A stretch of 61,725 bases of DNA, taken from NCBI GenBank assembly GCA_041687495.1, contig JAWLBR010000006.1, positions 1-61,725 of the forward strand, in the 5' to 3' direction. Shown piece by piece: positions 25,723 through 36,186 of the stretch. A program made the position numbers and the translations under genes. Source of the stretch: Limnochordia bacterium (GTDB lineage: Bacteria > Bacillota > Limnochordia > DTU087 > JAAYGB01). Position 1 is the first letter of the stretch. Each line of letters begins with the position of its first letter. The notes beneath the pieces were generated by a model, which saw only the letters and a program-made list of their open reading frames with translations, was not told where the DNA came from and did not search any database.

Positions 25723-26514
25723 ATGAGGAGATTAGGTAAGCTGGGATTCAAATGTATGGTCGTGGCGCTTTTGGTGGGGGTGTTGTCCAGCAGCGTTTTT
25801 GCAGCTGACGGTTCGCTACAGCGAGTGCTCGATGCAGGCAAACTGGTTATCGGTATCGATGATGCCTACCCGCCTATGGAGTTTCGTGATGAGAACAACC
25901 AGTTAGTGGGTTTTGACATTGACTTTGCCCGGGAGATTGGCAAGCGTCTAGGGGTGGAAGTAGAGTGGGTGCCCACCGAGTGGAGTGGTGTTATTCTGGC
26001 TCTGAAGGCTAAGAAATTTGACATCATCCTGTCGGCCATGAGCATCACTGAGGAACGAGCCAAGCAGGTAGACTTCAGCCCGCCGTACCTAATGGAATCT
26101 CAGGTTGTGGTTGTGTCTAACCGCTCTAAGGGTATTGCCACCGCGGAGGATTTGGCCGGTAAAGTGGTCGGGACGCAGCTGGGTAGCACCAGTGAAGAAG
26201 CAGCCCGGACTATCGAGGGTATTAAAGAACTGAAGACATACAACAAGTTTACCGAAGTCTTCATGGACCTGGGGATCGGTCGCATCGAGGCCGGTGTTGT
26301 TGACGAATTGGTAGGCCGCTACTATATGACCCAAAGGCCCGGCCAGTTCACCGTCGTCGACGACGTGGTGGACGAGCCAGTGGGTATTGCCTTCCGCCCC
26401 GAAGACGATTCTCTGCGGGAGAGAGTCAATGAGATTGTCGCTGAGATCAAAGCTGAAGGAGCCCTCGCTGAGATCTCCCAGAAGTGGTTTGGTGAGGACA
26501 TCACATCGAAGTAA
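25723..26514 (+). CDS. Polar amino-acid ABC transporter substrate-binding protein
   Basis: Signal peptide; GIDDAYPPMEF, GFDID, MSIT.ER, FS.PY, GTQLGST, ISQKWFG. Confidence 0.92.
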   Translation: MRRLGKLGFKCMVVALLVGVLSSSVFAADGSLQRVLDAGKLVIGIDDAYPPMEFRDENNQLVGFDIDFAREIGKRLGVEVEWVPTEWSGVILALKAKKFDIILSAMSITEERAKQVDFSPPYLMESQVVVVSNRSKGIATAEDLAGKVVGTQLGSTSEEAARTIEGIKELKTYNKFTEVFMDLGIGRIEAGVVDELVGRYYMTQRPGQFTVVDDVVDEPVGIAFRPEDDSLRERVNEIVAEIKAEGALAEISQKWFGEDITSK

Positions 26515-26593
26515 CGATGAGATGTGAACAGTAGTAAGCGGCGGAGCAGCACGTTTGACGAGGCTGCTCCTGCTTGTTTTTGGGGGTGGTTTG

Positions 26594-27244
26594 GTGGAGT
26601 GGCAGATCGTCTTAAAGTACTTTCCGGTTCTGGCCAAGGGTGCGGTGATGACTGTAGAGCTGACTGCATTGGCCATCTTGTTTGGGACGGCGCTGGGGTT
26701 GGGGATTGCTCTGGCCAAGATATCCCGCAATCTGGTTGTAGCCAGATTGGCACAGCTGTACACATGGTTGTGGCGGGGAACCCCATTGCTCTTGCAGTTA
26801 TTCGTTATCTATTACGGACTACCGGAAGTGGGCTTGACCCTGAATCCTTTTCAGGCAGCAGTGCTGGGATTAAGCCTTAATGCCGGAGCCTACGTCAGTG
26901 AGATTATCCGAGGGGCCATTCAGTCCATCGAACGGGGACAGACCGAAGCCGCTAGATCCTTGGGTATGTCGTATTTCCAGGCCATGTATAGAGTGATCTT
27001 ACCCCAGGCTTTTCGCAGGATGCTTCCGCCTTTGGGTAATGAGTTCATCGCCATGCTGAAAGACTCATCTTTGGTAGCTACGATTTCGATGGTTGACCTG
27101 ATGCGAACTGCGCAGCAGATGTATGCCGCCACATTTCGTCCAGTAGAGATCTTTCTCGCCACCGGAGTACTGTACTTGTTCTTGACGACATTGTTTACTA
27201 TTACCTTTGGAAAGCTGGAAAGAAATCTCTCAGCCTATGACTAG
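26594..27244 (+). CDS. Polar amino-acid ABC permease
   Basis: RGTPLLLQL..IYYG, AYVSEIIRG, GQ.EAA.SLGM, KDSSL; start approximate. Confidence 0.92.
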   Translation: MEWQIVLKYFPVLAKGAVMTVELTALAILFGTALGLGIALAKISRNLVVARLAQLYTWLWRGTPLLLQLFVIYYGLPEVGLTLNPFQAAVLGLSLNAGAYVSEIIRGAIQSIERGQTEAARSLGMSYFQAMYRVILPQAFRRMLPPLGNEFIAMLKDSSLVATISMVDLMRTAQQMYAATFRPVEIFLATGVLYLFLTTLFTITFGKLERNLSAYD

Positions 27245-27299
27245 AGCAGCCGCAGAACGGGGCTAGGCTGCTGAGGCAGACCAATGGAGGTGCAGTGGT

Positions 27300-28049
27300 T
27301 TGATCCGTGTGGAGAATCTCAACAAACACTTTCAGTCTCTCCATGTGCTGAGGGATGTATCGTTTTCGGTGCAGCGGGGAGAAGTGGTGGTGCTCATCGG
27401 CCCCAGTGGATCGGGTAAGAGTACGCTGTTGCGATGCATCAATGGGATGGAAATGCCAGATACAGGCGAGGTTGTAGTCGATGGGGTCAGTCTCCGAGAT
27501 GCTGCCGGCGCCAGACGCTTGCTGGGAGCAGAGAAGCAACTAAACAGCTATCGCTCGGAGATCGGTATGGTCTTCCAGCGCTTTCACTTGTTTCCCCACA
27601 TGACTGCTTTAGGTAACGTTGCCGAGGGACTCAAAACAGTGCGCAAAGTAGCCAAAGCCGATGCCGATCGGCGGGCGCAGGCGCTATTGGCGCGGGTAGG
27701 ATTGGGTGATCGGGGAAAGTCGTATCCGTCGCAGTTGTCCGGAGGGCAGCAGCAGCGGGTAGCTATTGCCCGAGCCCTGGCGATGGAGCCGAAGGTGATG
27801 CTCTTTGATGAACCTACCTCAGCTCTAGACCCGGAGCTGGTGGGAGAGGTCTTGACAGTGATGAAGGGCCTTGCCGCCGAAGGAATGACTATGGTGGTGG
27901 TTACCCATGAGATGGGTTTTGCCCGGGAAGTCGCCAATCGTGTCCTGTTCATGGACAACGGCGCCATCGTAGAAGAGGGTAGGCCGGATGAAGTGTTTTC
28001 TGCTCCCAAACATCCGCGGACTAGAGCCTTCCTTAACAAGATCCTGTAG
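27300..28049 (+). CDS. Polar amino-acid ABC ATP-binding protein (GlnQ-like)
   Basis: [46 protein letters not shown]. Confidence 0.95.
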   Translation: MIRVENLNKHFQSLHVLRDVSFSVQRGEVVVLIGPSGSGKSTLLRCINGMEMPDTGEVVVDGVSLRDAAGARRLLGAEKQLNSYRSEIGMVFQRFHLFPHMTALGNVAEGLKTVRKVAKADADRRAQALLARVGLGDRGKSYPSQLSGGQQQRVAIARALAMEPKVMLFDEPTSALDPELVGEVLTVMKGLAAEGMTMVVVTHEMGFAREVANRVLFMDNGAIVEEGRPDEVFSAPKHPRTRAFLNKIL

Positions 28050-28176
28050 GGACAGGGGGCAGCACCGGGTGCGCGGCGCCGGGGTGGATAAGTTGGTGGG
28101 TACCTGCGGTAGACTATGGTAGACAATGCCAGGTAGTCCGAGGTAGGCTATCTTCCATTTTGAGAGGAGTTCAACG

Positions 28177-30483
28177 GTGCAGCAAGCTATGCTTGAAACA
28201 TATCGCGGATTGAAGCTGGATGATTTTCAGCGGGAAGCTATCTCTTATCTAGATCAAGGTTCATCTGTTTTTGTGTCGGCTCCAACGGGGACCGGCAAGA
28301 CACTGATTGCTGACTACATCATCGAGAAGGATTTTCGTTCGGGGACCCGAGTGATCTACACCGCCCCCATCAAAGCCCTGAGCAATCAGAAATACAAACA
28401 GTTTAAGGCTCTCGTCGGCGAAGAAAACGTCGGAATTGTGACCGGCGATGTGGTGACCAACGAACGGGCACCCATTGTCTTGATGACGACGGAGATTTTT
28501 CGCAACATGCTGCTGGAAAATAACGATGCCATGCAAGATGTATCCCATGTAATCTTTGACGAGATTCACTACATTGCCGATGAAGAGCGGGGTTTTGTCT
28601 GGGAAGAAAGTCTGATTTTCATGCCGCCGCACATGCGGTTTCTGGGCCTTAGTGCAACTGTTCCCAATGCGGATCAGCTGGCCGAATGGATGGGGAGTCT
28701 ACGGCAGGAGCCGATCCATGTGATCAAGGCCTTTGAGCGAATTGTTCCCCTAGAGCACAGGTTTTTCTCTGCGGAGACAGGTATAGGGTCACGCAAGAAG
28801 ATTGTCCGGTATTACCTACAAAGCGGTTTGGAGAGTTCCACGTATGAAGAGCGGCAGCGCCGCCGCCAAGCGCGGCTGTTGCACCCGCCGCACATCGATC
28901 TCCTCCGGCAGCTGGGCAGTGAATACCTGCCAGTACTCTTTTTTGTCTTTAGTCGCAAGGGCACCGAGGAATGTGCCCTGGAGCTGGCTCGGGAAGAGGA
29001 CTACTTGACCATTGAGGAAAAGGATGAAGTTCAGGCTGCCCTGGATCGGCACCTGGAAGGACTCTCTTGGCAGGGCTTGAGCAGTGTCGCTAGGCTTCAG
29101 ACCTGTCTGGAAAAGGGAATTGCGTTTCACCATGCCGGGATGCTGCCAGTGCTGAAAGAAGTGGTAGAGGAGTTGTTTGAGCGCCGGCTGGTTCGGGTGC
29201 TGTATGCCACGGAGACCTTTGCCGTTGGCGTTAACTTCCCGGTGCGAACGGTCTGTTTTGAGTCATATCGCAAATTCGACGGCCGGGGTTTTCGGGCCCT
29301 GAACAACAACGAGTACTTTCAAATGGCCGGTCGGGCAGGCAGAAGGGGTATTGACGAAAAGGGCTACGTGTTTGTCAATGTCAGCTTTGATTTCTTCGAC
29401 CGGGAGGATCTAATCAGTCCCGATGAGTCAAAACTGGAACCGGTGAAGAGTCAGTTTGTGCTTTCATACAACTCGGTGCTGAATATGGTACAAAACCACA
29501 CCGATGCAGAAATCCGAGAGCTTTTGCAGAAGAACCTGTTGGTCTACCAAAACCGAGAGGGAGCCTCAACACTGCAGGGGCAGCTGGCCGATGTGAATGC
29601 CCAGCTGCAGGAGCTGGAGACAGACGCCTGCGCTGATGAGTCCAGTGACACGTGCCCGTTGCAGATCCACGAATGGACAAACCGCAAGCGGGTCTTGAAC
29701 AGGAAAATCCGCCGCTGGTTGGGCACCAAGAATAACAACACCATTACCAAGCTTAAGCAGGCTCAGGCCGAGCTGTATCGGTTGGAAGAGAAAATGGCCT
29801 CTGTACAAGCAAAAGACTGCTCCCGGGATGAGATTTCTAACTGCAAGCGGCGCCGCAAGCGGTTGGGTCAGCTGCAGCGGGTGGCTGGTCGCCTCCAACG
29901 GAGGTTACGGTTGGTACCCAGCGACGATCAGATCTACGAACAGTTCCGGAAAAAGAAAAGGCTCTTGGAGGCACTTCGCTATGTCTCTGGCCATGAACTG
30001 ACTGCTAGAGGCAAAATGGCATCTAATCTGCATATCCAGGAGCTGTTAGTGACCGAATTGTTCTTTGCAGGAGTTTTCCATGATCTAGATGAAGATGAAA
30101 TAAACGCGTTGGCGGTCAGTATCGACTACGAGCCACGCCGGGGAGAGAACCCCAAACCTTATGAGATGGTAGATTTTCGTAAGCCGGAGCGGGTGGTCCG
30201 CAGGCTGCAGAGGCTTGAGGAGACTCTACTGGGCGAAACCACCATTAGATTCGAGAATCAGATGCACGAGCTCGCGTATATGTGGAGTCAGGGAATCGAG
30301 TTTGGCAAGCTGATGGAGATGGAACCCCATGTGACTGAGGGAGATGTGATCTCTTCTTTCCGTCGGGCCATCGATCTCCTGCGACAATTGCGCCGGGTGT
30401 GCCGAGAAGATGTCGCCCTGGCCGATAAGCTGGCCCGTTGTATCGAGCGCTTAGATCGCGATGTAGTTGAGGTGAGGCTGTAA
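28177..30483 (+). CDS. Ski2/HelY-like SF2 DExH helicase
   Basis: APTGTGKT, YTAPIKALSNQK, DEIH, LSAT, FVFSR, HHAG, ATETFA.G.N.P, QMAGRAGRRG.D; C-terminal DSHCT-like EGD..R..DLL.QL. Confidence 0.9.
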   Translation: MQQAMLETYRGLKLDDFQREAISYLDQGSSVFVSAPTGTGKTLIADYIIEKDFRSGTRVIYTAPIKALSNQKYKQFKALVGEENVGIVTGDVVTNERAPIVLMTTEIFRNMLLENNDAMQDVSHVIFDEIHYIADEERGFVWEESLIFMPPHMRFLGLSATVPNADQLAEWMGSLRQEPIHVIKAFERIVPLEHRFFSAETGIGSRKKIVRYYLQSGLESSTYEERQRRRQARLLHPPHIDLLRQLGSEYLPVLFFVFSRKGTEECALELAREEDYLTIEEKDEVQAALDRHLEGLSWQGLSSVARLQTCLEKGIAFHHAGMLPVLKEVVEELFERRLVRVLYATETFAVGVNFPVRTVCFESYRKFDGRGFRALNNNEYFQMAGRAGRRGIDEKGYVFVNVSFDFFDREDLISPDESKLEPVKSQFVLSYNSVLNMVQNHTDAEIRELLQKNLLVYQNREGASTLQGQLADVNAQLQELETDACADESSDTCPLQIHEWTNRKRVLNRKIRRWLGTKNNNTITKLKQAQAELYRLEEKMASVQAKDCSRDEISNCKRRRKRLGQLQRVAGRLQRRLRLVPSDDQIYEQFRKKKRLLEALRYVSGHELTARGKMASNLHIQELLVTELFFAGVFHDLDEDEINALAVSIDYEPRRGENPKPYEMVDFRKPERVVRRLQRLEETLLGETTIRFENQMHELAYMWSQGIEFGKLMEMEPHVTEGDVISSFRRAIDLLRQLRRVCREDVALADKLARCIERLDRDVVEVRL

Positions 30484-30526
30484 CTGCCGTGTTCCAGGTT
30501 GCAGCCAATGGACGGAGGAGAAAGTT

Positions 30527-31708
30527 TTGGCTGATATCGGGATACTGAAGCAAAAAGTGATTGCAGAGATTGAAGCGAAGGCTGAGTACTTGTGGCAAAC
30601 AGCGCTGGACATCCACTCTCACCCGGAGTTGGGCCTAGAAGAGCACCACGCAGCTGAGGTACTGTCCCGGGCTTTGTCCGATGGTGGCTTTACGATCACT
30701 TCGGGACCGGCCGGACTGGACACTGCCTTCATTGCCCACATCGATGGAAGTAAGCCAAAGCCGATGGTGGCTCTGTTATGTGAATACGATGCACTGCCGG
30801 AGCTGGGACATGCCTGTGGACATAATCTGATCGGGACTGCCAGCGTCGGTGCTGGGTTGGGGCTAGCCGCAGTGGCGGATCAGCTGCCCGGATCGGTAAC
30901 CGTCATTGGCGCCCCCGGTGAAGAAACCCATTCGGGTAAGGCCAAGCTGGTTGACGCTGGTGCTTTCGCCAATATCGACGCAGCCATGATGTTTCACCCT
31001 GCCGCGGTCACCCGAGTAAGCAGCACCTCCTATGCATTGGATGCGTTGGAGTTTGTCTTTCGAGGTCGGCCGGCCCACGCAGCTGCCTCCCCTGAGATGG
31101 GAATCAATGCCCTGGATGGAGCTATCCACCTCTTTAACGGAGTCAACGCCTTGCGGGAGCATCTGCCCGATGATGTCCGGATCCACGGCATTATCTCCGA
31201 GGGAGGTGCAGCCCCCAACATTGTCCCCGAAAGGGCGGCAGCTCGCTTTTATGTTCGGGCTCCTCACCGCCGTTTGCTGGATGAAGTAGTAGGTAAGGTG
31301 AAGCGCTGTGCACAGGGAGCAGCGATGATGGCAGGGGCCAGCCTGGAGTGGAATCATTTTGAGCCCTCCAACGACAATTTGGTCAGCAATGCCGTTTTGT
31401 CAGATGCTTTTGCCGCGAATCTGCGGTCCTTAGGTGTCTTGGATATCGCGCCGCCGGCCGAGAGTAAGGGCTCTACGGACATGGGCAACGTGAGCCACGT
31501 TGTTCCCAGTATTCATCCATACATTAGTCTGGGTATAGATACCCTGGTGGGGCACACGTCAGAGTTCGCCGCTGCTTGTGCCGGGACACCGGGTAGAAAG
31601 ACAATGCTTCTAGCGGCAAAGGCTTTGGCGACGACCACTGTCGACTTCCTGTGTCAGAAGCCGCTGCAGCAGATGGTACAGGCCGAGTTTACGGCTAACT
31701 TGGGATAA
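30527..31708 (+). CDS. M20 amidohydrolase (Acy1L2/AbgB-like)
   Basis: IHSHPELG.EE, EYDALP.LGHACGHNLI, PGEE, MFHP, GSTDMGNVS. Confidence 0.9.
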   Translation: MADIGILKQKVIAEIEAKAEYLWQTALDIHSHPELGLEEHHAAEVLSRALSDGGFTITSGPAGLDTAFIAHIDGSKPKPMVALLCEYDALPELGHACGHNLIGTASVGAGLGLAAVADQLPGSVTVIGAPGEETHSGKAKLVDAGAFANIDAAMMFHPAAVTRVSSTSYALDALEFVFRGRPAHAAASPEMGINALDGAIHLFNGVNALREHLPDDVRIHGIISEGGAAPNIVPERAAARFYVRAPHRRLLDEVVGKVKRCAQGAAMMAGASLEWNHFEPSNDNLVSNAVLSDAFAANLRSLGVLDIAPPAESKGSTDMGNVSHVVPSIHPYISLGIDTLVGHTSEFAAACAGTPGRKTMLLAAKALATTTVDFLCQKPLQQMVQAEFTANLG

Positions 31709-31730
31709 AGCCATTGGGGAGGGGAGCCTT

Positions 31731-32234
31731 GTGAGTACTGCGGATCAACTTCTGGCCTTATCTAAGCTCTATCATCGGCAATTGGGCATTTACGGGCAGA
31801 TGGTGGCCATCGGGCAGAGAAACAGGGAGTTGGCCGAAAAGGACAATGCGGCTGAACTTCTCGTCAGTCTGAACGAATACAGCCAGCTGATGGCCGCCGT
31901 CGATGAGATCAATGGAGATGTACAGCAACTGCAGGAAAGCCTCATCGGTCAACTGGGCCTAAGCGAATTTTCGGTGACTCAGCTGCAGACGGCAGCGAGG
32001 AAGCTGCCTGCGTTGGCCTCCCAGATCGGTGAGTTAGTCAAGGTGTTTGGGCAGCTGCGCACTGTCCTGGAGCAGCTGTTGGAGCTAACCGAAAGCGGAG
32101 CTGCTCAGGTGAGGGTTAAGGCACAGACGGCCAAGCACTCTGTGCAAAAGGTGCGCAAGGGTAAACATGTCACCAAAGCTTATGGGCAGAAGCCGTATGT
32201 TCCCGGGAGTCACTTTCTAGACAAGAAAAGATGA
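31731..32234 (+). CDS. Flagellar chaperone-like protein (FlgN/FliT-like)
   Basis: All-helical, 167 aa, with C-terminal KAY.....S.FLDKK signature seen in Firmicutes FlgN/FliT-like proteins. Confidence 0.6.
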   Translation: MSTADQLLALSKLYHRQLGIYGQMVAIGQRNRELAEKDNAAELLVSLNEYSQLMAAVDEINGDVQQLQESLIGQLGLSEFSVTQLQTAARKLPALASQIGELVKVFGQLRTVLEQLLELTESGAAQVRVKAQTAKHSVQKVRKGKHVTKAYGQKPYVPGSHFLDKKR

Positions 32235-32330
32235 GTGGGCCCGGCTTAGTTGCCGTATCGGGCTCGGATGCGCGGGCGTGGGAGAACAGTGCCCAGGCCC
32301 GCGAGGCGCGCTGAGGGGAGGAGACAGATC

Positions 32331-34121
32331 GTGGCCGACGATGGGGAGAGGAAACAAGTTGGGACTGCTTGGGTCGAAGCGGGTCAGTTCGGCTGGATCC
32401 CGACCGAGGATGAGCGAGAACGGCCGCCAGTGTTGTTGGTCGGTCAACATGTGACCGTCATGGTGAATGGTGAAGTGCGTTCTGGCAGATGCGAGTTGCA
32501 CCCCGATGATCAGGTCGAAGTCACTGCAGAGTTCATCGCACCAGTCAGCGAGATCAGTGTGGAAACAACCGATGGTGGGCTGAAAGCCCACATCCAAGCC
32601 ACCTTGCGTCCCGGTCAGTGCTATCGTCTCACAGACGCAGCCCCAGGCCGGGTTTTGTCACTCCAAGGTGAGCTGGGAGAAGAAATTCAGCCTGAGCCCG
32701 TGACCAAAGAGCGTGTTCTCGCGGCACTAAAGGAGGCTGGGGTTGTGTTCGGGATCGATGAGGCGGGAGTCCAAGCCGCGGTGGATGCGCCCCACGAAAG
32801 CCACCTAGTCGCCATCGGACAACCAATAGTTGAGCCCCAAGACGCGAGAATTGAGCGCCTGTTTAAAGAGGTGGAAGCTGCCGACCATGATCAAAGCGCA
32901 CTCAAACTCGACCTGCTTGATCGCTACCGCATTGCTTGGGTAGAACCGGGCACCACGCTAATGCGCCGCATCGCCCCTGTACCTGGGGAGGCCGGTCGCA
33001 GTGTCTTTGGCAAGGCACTGATTCCCCGCTCGCCCCGGGATGTAAAACTACAGCCTGGACCGGGAACTGTTTTATCAGACGATGGGAATGAGCTGCGATC
33101 TGAGATAGCAGGAAGACCGGTGATGGTGGGCAAGGCCGTCAAGGTGGTGCCTTCTTTTGTGCATCAGGGGGACGCGGATGTTACCATCGGGCACATCAAG
33201 TTTGAGGGAGACGTCCACATTTCCGGACAGGTATGCGACAGTATCCAAGTGGCAGCCGGGGGCGGCCTTGAGGTTAGAGGTTTGGTATCCAACGCAGTGC
33301 TGGAAGCAAATCTCGATACTCATCTCCACAACCTGGTGATCGGCAGCGAAGTTCGGGTTGGCGGCCGGGTGTCTGAGACAGCTGCTCTGCTTCCCTTTGT
33401 CAACGAGGTGTCCGAGCAGTTGGTGCAGTTGGTGCGGGCAATGGAGCAGCTGGAGGGAGCCGGTGTCGTCCAGGCAAGCAGGAAAAAGGGATTGCCCTAT
33501 GGCCTGTTGATTAAGCAGTTGCTGGAGAGCCGGTTCGGTGATTTGGTTAAGCTCCTTCCACACATTCCGTCGCGGTTAGCTCCTCTGGGAGATATAGCTG
33601 GGATTGGAGTGTCCGTAGCCTACGACTTGGTGGAGATGCTGGATGGTCTGTCTCCCCTCGAGTTGGAATCATCTGCACCGGTGGTGGATGTCCTGAGGCG
33701 CTGGAGTGCTTTGGAGGAGGAACTGAAGGGTTACGGCACAGATGCCCATAACCTAGTAGTCAAGGGTCTTGAGAACTCAAAGATTTGGGTTAGTGGGTCG
33801 GTAGAGATCACGGGGTTTGGCAGCTACAGTACTGTGATTCAAGCTGGCGAGAGCATTCTCTGTCCCCAGGGAGTGCTGCGGGGAGGGCAGGCTCTGATTG
33901 GCTCTGGCTCAATAGAGTTCAAAGAGATTGGCAGTAAGGCCGGGGTTGCTACCGTCGTCTCCACCGGTAAAGCCGGTCGAATCACGGCCAATCTGGTACA
34001 CCCTGGAGTGATCCTATCCATAGGTGGATTGCGTCAAGTGGTCAGGGAGGAAGGGCGCAACCTCACGGCCCGCATCGACAGCGATGGAGAACTGAATGTA
34101 CAAATAGAGCCAATCCATTGA
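32331..34121 (+). CDS. FapA / DUF342 family protein (flagellar assembly protein A-like)
   Basis: AL..AGVVFGID, G.SVFGK, GD.D...G.I.F.GDV.I.G.V beta-helix repeats, GVLRGG, IGSKAG..T; GTG start after GGGGAGGAG. Confidence 0.8.
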   Translation: MADDGERKQVGTAWVEAGQFGWIPTEDERERPPVLLVGQHVTVMVNGEVRSGRCELHPDDQVEVTAEFIAPVSEISVETTDGGLKAHIQATLRPGQCYRLTDAAPGRVLSLQGELGEEIQPEPVTKERVLAALKEAGVVFGIDEAGVQAAVDAPHESHLVAIGQPIVEPQDARIERLFKEVEAADHDQSALKLDLLDRYRIAWVEPGTTLMRRIAPVPGEAGRSVFGKALIPRSPRDVKLQPGPGTVLSDDGNELRSEIAGRPVMVGKAVKVVPSFVHQGDADVTIGHIKFEGDVHISGQVCDSIQVAAGGGLEVRGLVSNAVLEANLDTHLHNLVIGSEVRVGGRVSETAALLPFVNEVSEQLVQLVRAMEQLEGAGVVQASRKKGLPYGLLIKQLLESRFGDLVKLLPHIPSRLAPLGDIAGIGVSVAYDLVEMLDGLSPLELESSAPVVDVLRRWSALEEELKGYGTDAHNLVVKGLENSKIWVSGSVEITGFGSYSTVIQAGESILCPQGVLRGGQALIGSGSIEFKEIGSKAGVATVVSTGKAGRITANLVHPGVILSIGGLRQVVREEGRNLTARIDSDGELNVQIEPIH

Positions 34122-34173
34122 GGATTGGCTCTAGCGTTAGTTACCATGTGTTTCTCTCTGCCCTCGGTATCAG

Positions 34174-35070
34174 CTAGCGTTTCAACCGCGGATCCAAGGC
34201 GTCCCGGAGACCGTCGCCCAACAGATTGAGGGCCAACACCACCAGAACGATGGCCAAGCCAGGGAAGGCTACGGTCCAGGGTGCATTGCGCAGATACGGA
34301 CGACACTCAGCTAGGATTGCCCCCCACTCGGGAGTCGGGGGTTGTGCCCCCAGGCCAAGGAAGCTCAAGCCTGCAGCGTCCAAAATCGCAGTAGCCACGC
34401 CTAAAGTAGCTTGAACAATGATGGGGGCAAGGCAGTTGGGTAGCACGTGCCGGAAAATGATGCGGGTGTTGCTTAGTCCAAGGGCGTTGGCAGCTTCGAC
34501 AAACTCGTTGCCCTTGATGCTGAGAACAGACGAGCGCACGATCCGGGCGTACTGGGGGATGGCCACTATCCCGATGGCCAACATGGCATTACTCAGTGAC
34601 GGACCCAAGATAGCCATGATCGCGATGGCCAATAGGATACTGGGAAACGCCAACATGATATCAATACCCCGCATAATCAGCAGATCCAGGGTACCGCCGA
34701 AGTATCCGGCAAGAGAACCCAGCACAACACCAACGATCAGGGCAATTCCCACAGAAATCAGCCCCACCTGGAGCGAAACCCTCGCACCGTAGATAATTCG
34801 AGTAAGTAGGTCACGACCCAGATAGTCAGTCCCCAAGAGATGCTGCGCCGATGGGGCCTGCAGCCTGGTCCGATAATCCCTTTGGGTGGGACTGTATGGG
34901 GTGAGTAGCGGGGCAAAGATAGCCGATAGAATGAAGATGGTGAGCAGAATTAGTCCCACCACTGCAGTCTTATTCCTAAAGAAACGCCGCATGGCGCTGG
35001 CCCACAGACTGTTCGATGGGGCCTTGGCAGTAACAGCTTGATCTACAGTATTAGCAGCAGCTTGGTTCAC
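34174..35070 (-). CDS. dppC: Di/oligopeptide ABC permease
   Basis: HLLGTD.LGRD, YGARVSL, EFVEAA.ALG, LSFLGLG..PP.PEWG, GDGLRDALDP. Confidence 0.9.
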   Translation of the reverse strand: MNQAAANTVDQAVTAKAPSNSLWASAMRRFFRNKTAVVGLILLTIFILSAIFAPLLTPYSPTQRDYRTRLQAPSAQHLLGTDYLGRDLLTRIIYGARVSLQVGLISVGIALIVGVVLGSLAGYFGGTLDLLIMRGIDIMLAFPSILLAIAIMAILGPSLSNAMLAIGIVAIPQYARIVRSSVLSIKGNEFVEAANALGLSNTRIIFRHVLPNCLAPIIVQATLGVATAILDAAGLSFLGLGAQPPTPEWGAILAECRPYLRNAPWTVAFPGLAIVLVVLALNLLGDGLRDALDPRLKR

Positions 35071-35085
35071 AGTGCGGCCCTCCTT

Positions 35086-36090
35086 TTAGTCGTAACGAAT
35101 TTTGGGATCCAAGAAGCCATAGACAAGGTCAACCAGCAGGTTAATTAGCACAAAACTGGTGGAGACGGTCATGATCGTTCCCTGCAAGAGAGGGAAATCC
35201 CGCTCCATTACCGATTGGTACGCCATGCGTCCTACCCCAGGCCATGAGAAAATTGTCTCCGTCAGCACTGCTCCACCCAACAAGTATCCAAACTGAAGTC
35301 CGACAACAGTAACAACTGGAATGAGACCATTCTTGAGAGCATGCTTCATGATCACAACTTTGTGAGCTAGGCCTTTGGCCCGGGCGGTGCGAATGTAGTC
35401 TTGACGCATGACTTCAAGGACACTAGAACGAGTCATGCGGGCAATAATGGCCATCGGAATGGTGCCCAAAGCGATTGCAGGCATTACCATGTGAGTGATG
35501 GCGTCCTTGAACGCTGCCCAGTTCTGTTGCAAAAGCGCGTCGATGAACATGAAATTTGTAATGGGATCCAGCGTAATTCCCACTGAAAGCCTGCCTGAGG
35601 GGGGGAAAATCCCAAGAATCAGTGAACCAACCCAGATCAGCATCAGTCCGAACCAGAAAATCGGCATAGATACCCCGATCAATGCTCCGATCATACAAAC
35701 GTGGTCAAACACCGAATACTGTTTCACCGCGGAGACGATGCCCGCCGGGACACCGATGGCAACGGCAAAGAGCATTGCCGCCAGCGAAAGCTCAATGGTA
35801 GCTGGGAATCGGGTTAGCAGCTCATCGGCTACTTGGTTACGGGTGATGAAAGACCTACCTAGATCCCCTTTGAGCAGATTACCAAGAAAACGAAAGTACT
35901 GTACATGGATCGGGTCGTTCAAGCCCAATTGTTCTCTCACCCTGGCCAGAGACTCTGCTGAAGCGTGTTCGCCCAAGATGGCGATGGCTGGGTCCCCTGG
36001 GATGAAGTGGAGGAACAAGAAGACAATGACGGAGACAGCCAACAGCAAAGGAATCAGCAGGATCAGCCGTTTCAAAAGATATCGAAACAT
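35086..36090 (-). CDS. dppB: Di/oligopeptide ABC permease
   Basis: PGDPA, LGLNDP..VQY, GDLG.S, FPAT.EL, DYIRTARAKG, ETIFSWPG.G, LDPKIR. Confidence 0.9.
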   Translation of the reverse strand: MFRYLLKRLILLIPLLLAVSVIVFLFLHFIPGDPAIAILGEHASAESLARVREQLGLNDPIHVQYFRFLGNLLKGDLGRSFITRNQVADELLTRFPATIELSLAAMLFAVAIGVPAGIVSAVKQYSVFDHVCMIGALIGVSMPIFWFGLMLIWVGSLILGIFPPSGRLSVGITLDPITNFMFIDALLQQNWAAFKDAITHMVMPAIALGTIPMAIIARMTRSSVLEVMRQDYIRTARAKGLAHKVVIMKHALKNGLIPVVTVVGLQFGYLLGGAVLTETIFSWPGVGRMAYQSVMERDFPLLQGTIMTVSTSFVLINLLVDLVYGFLDPKIRYD

Positions 36091-36186
36091 TCCTATCTCT
36101 CCTTACCTTCCAAAGGCAGACACGTGCAGCCTGAGCTGCACGTGTCTGTAGCCCTTGCTTATCCTGACATCTGCCAGGATGTGTCT

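Noticed and set aside
28177-30483. Helicase or the DUF815 ATPase as part of an anti-phage defence system
   Set aside because: No nuclease, DNA methylase or effector partners adjacent, and no island features
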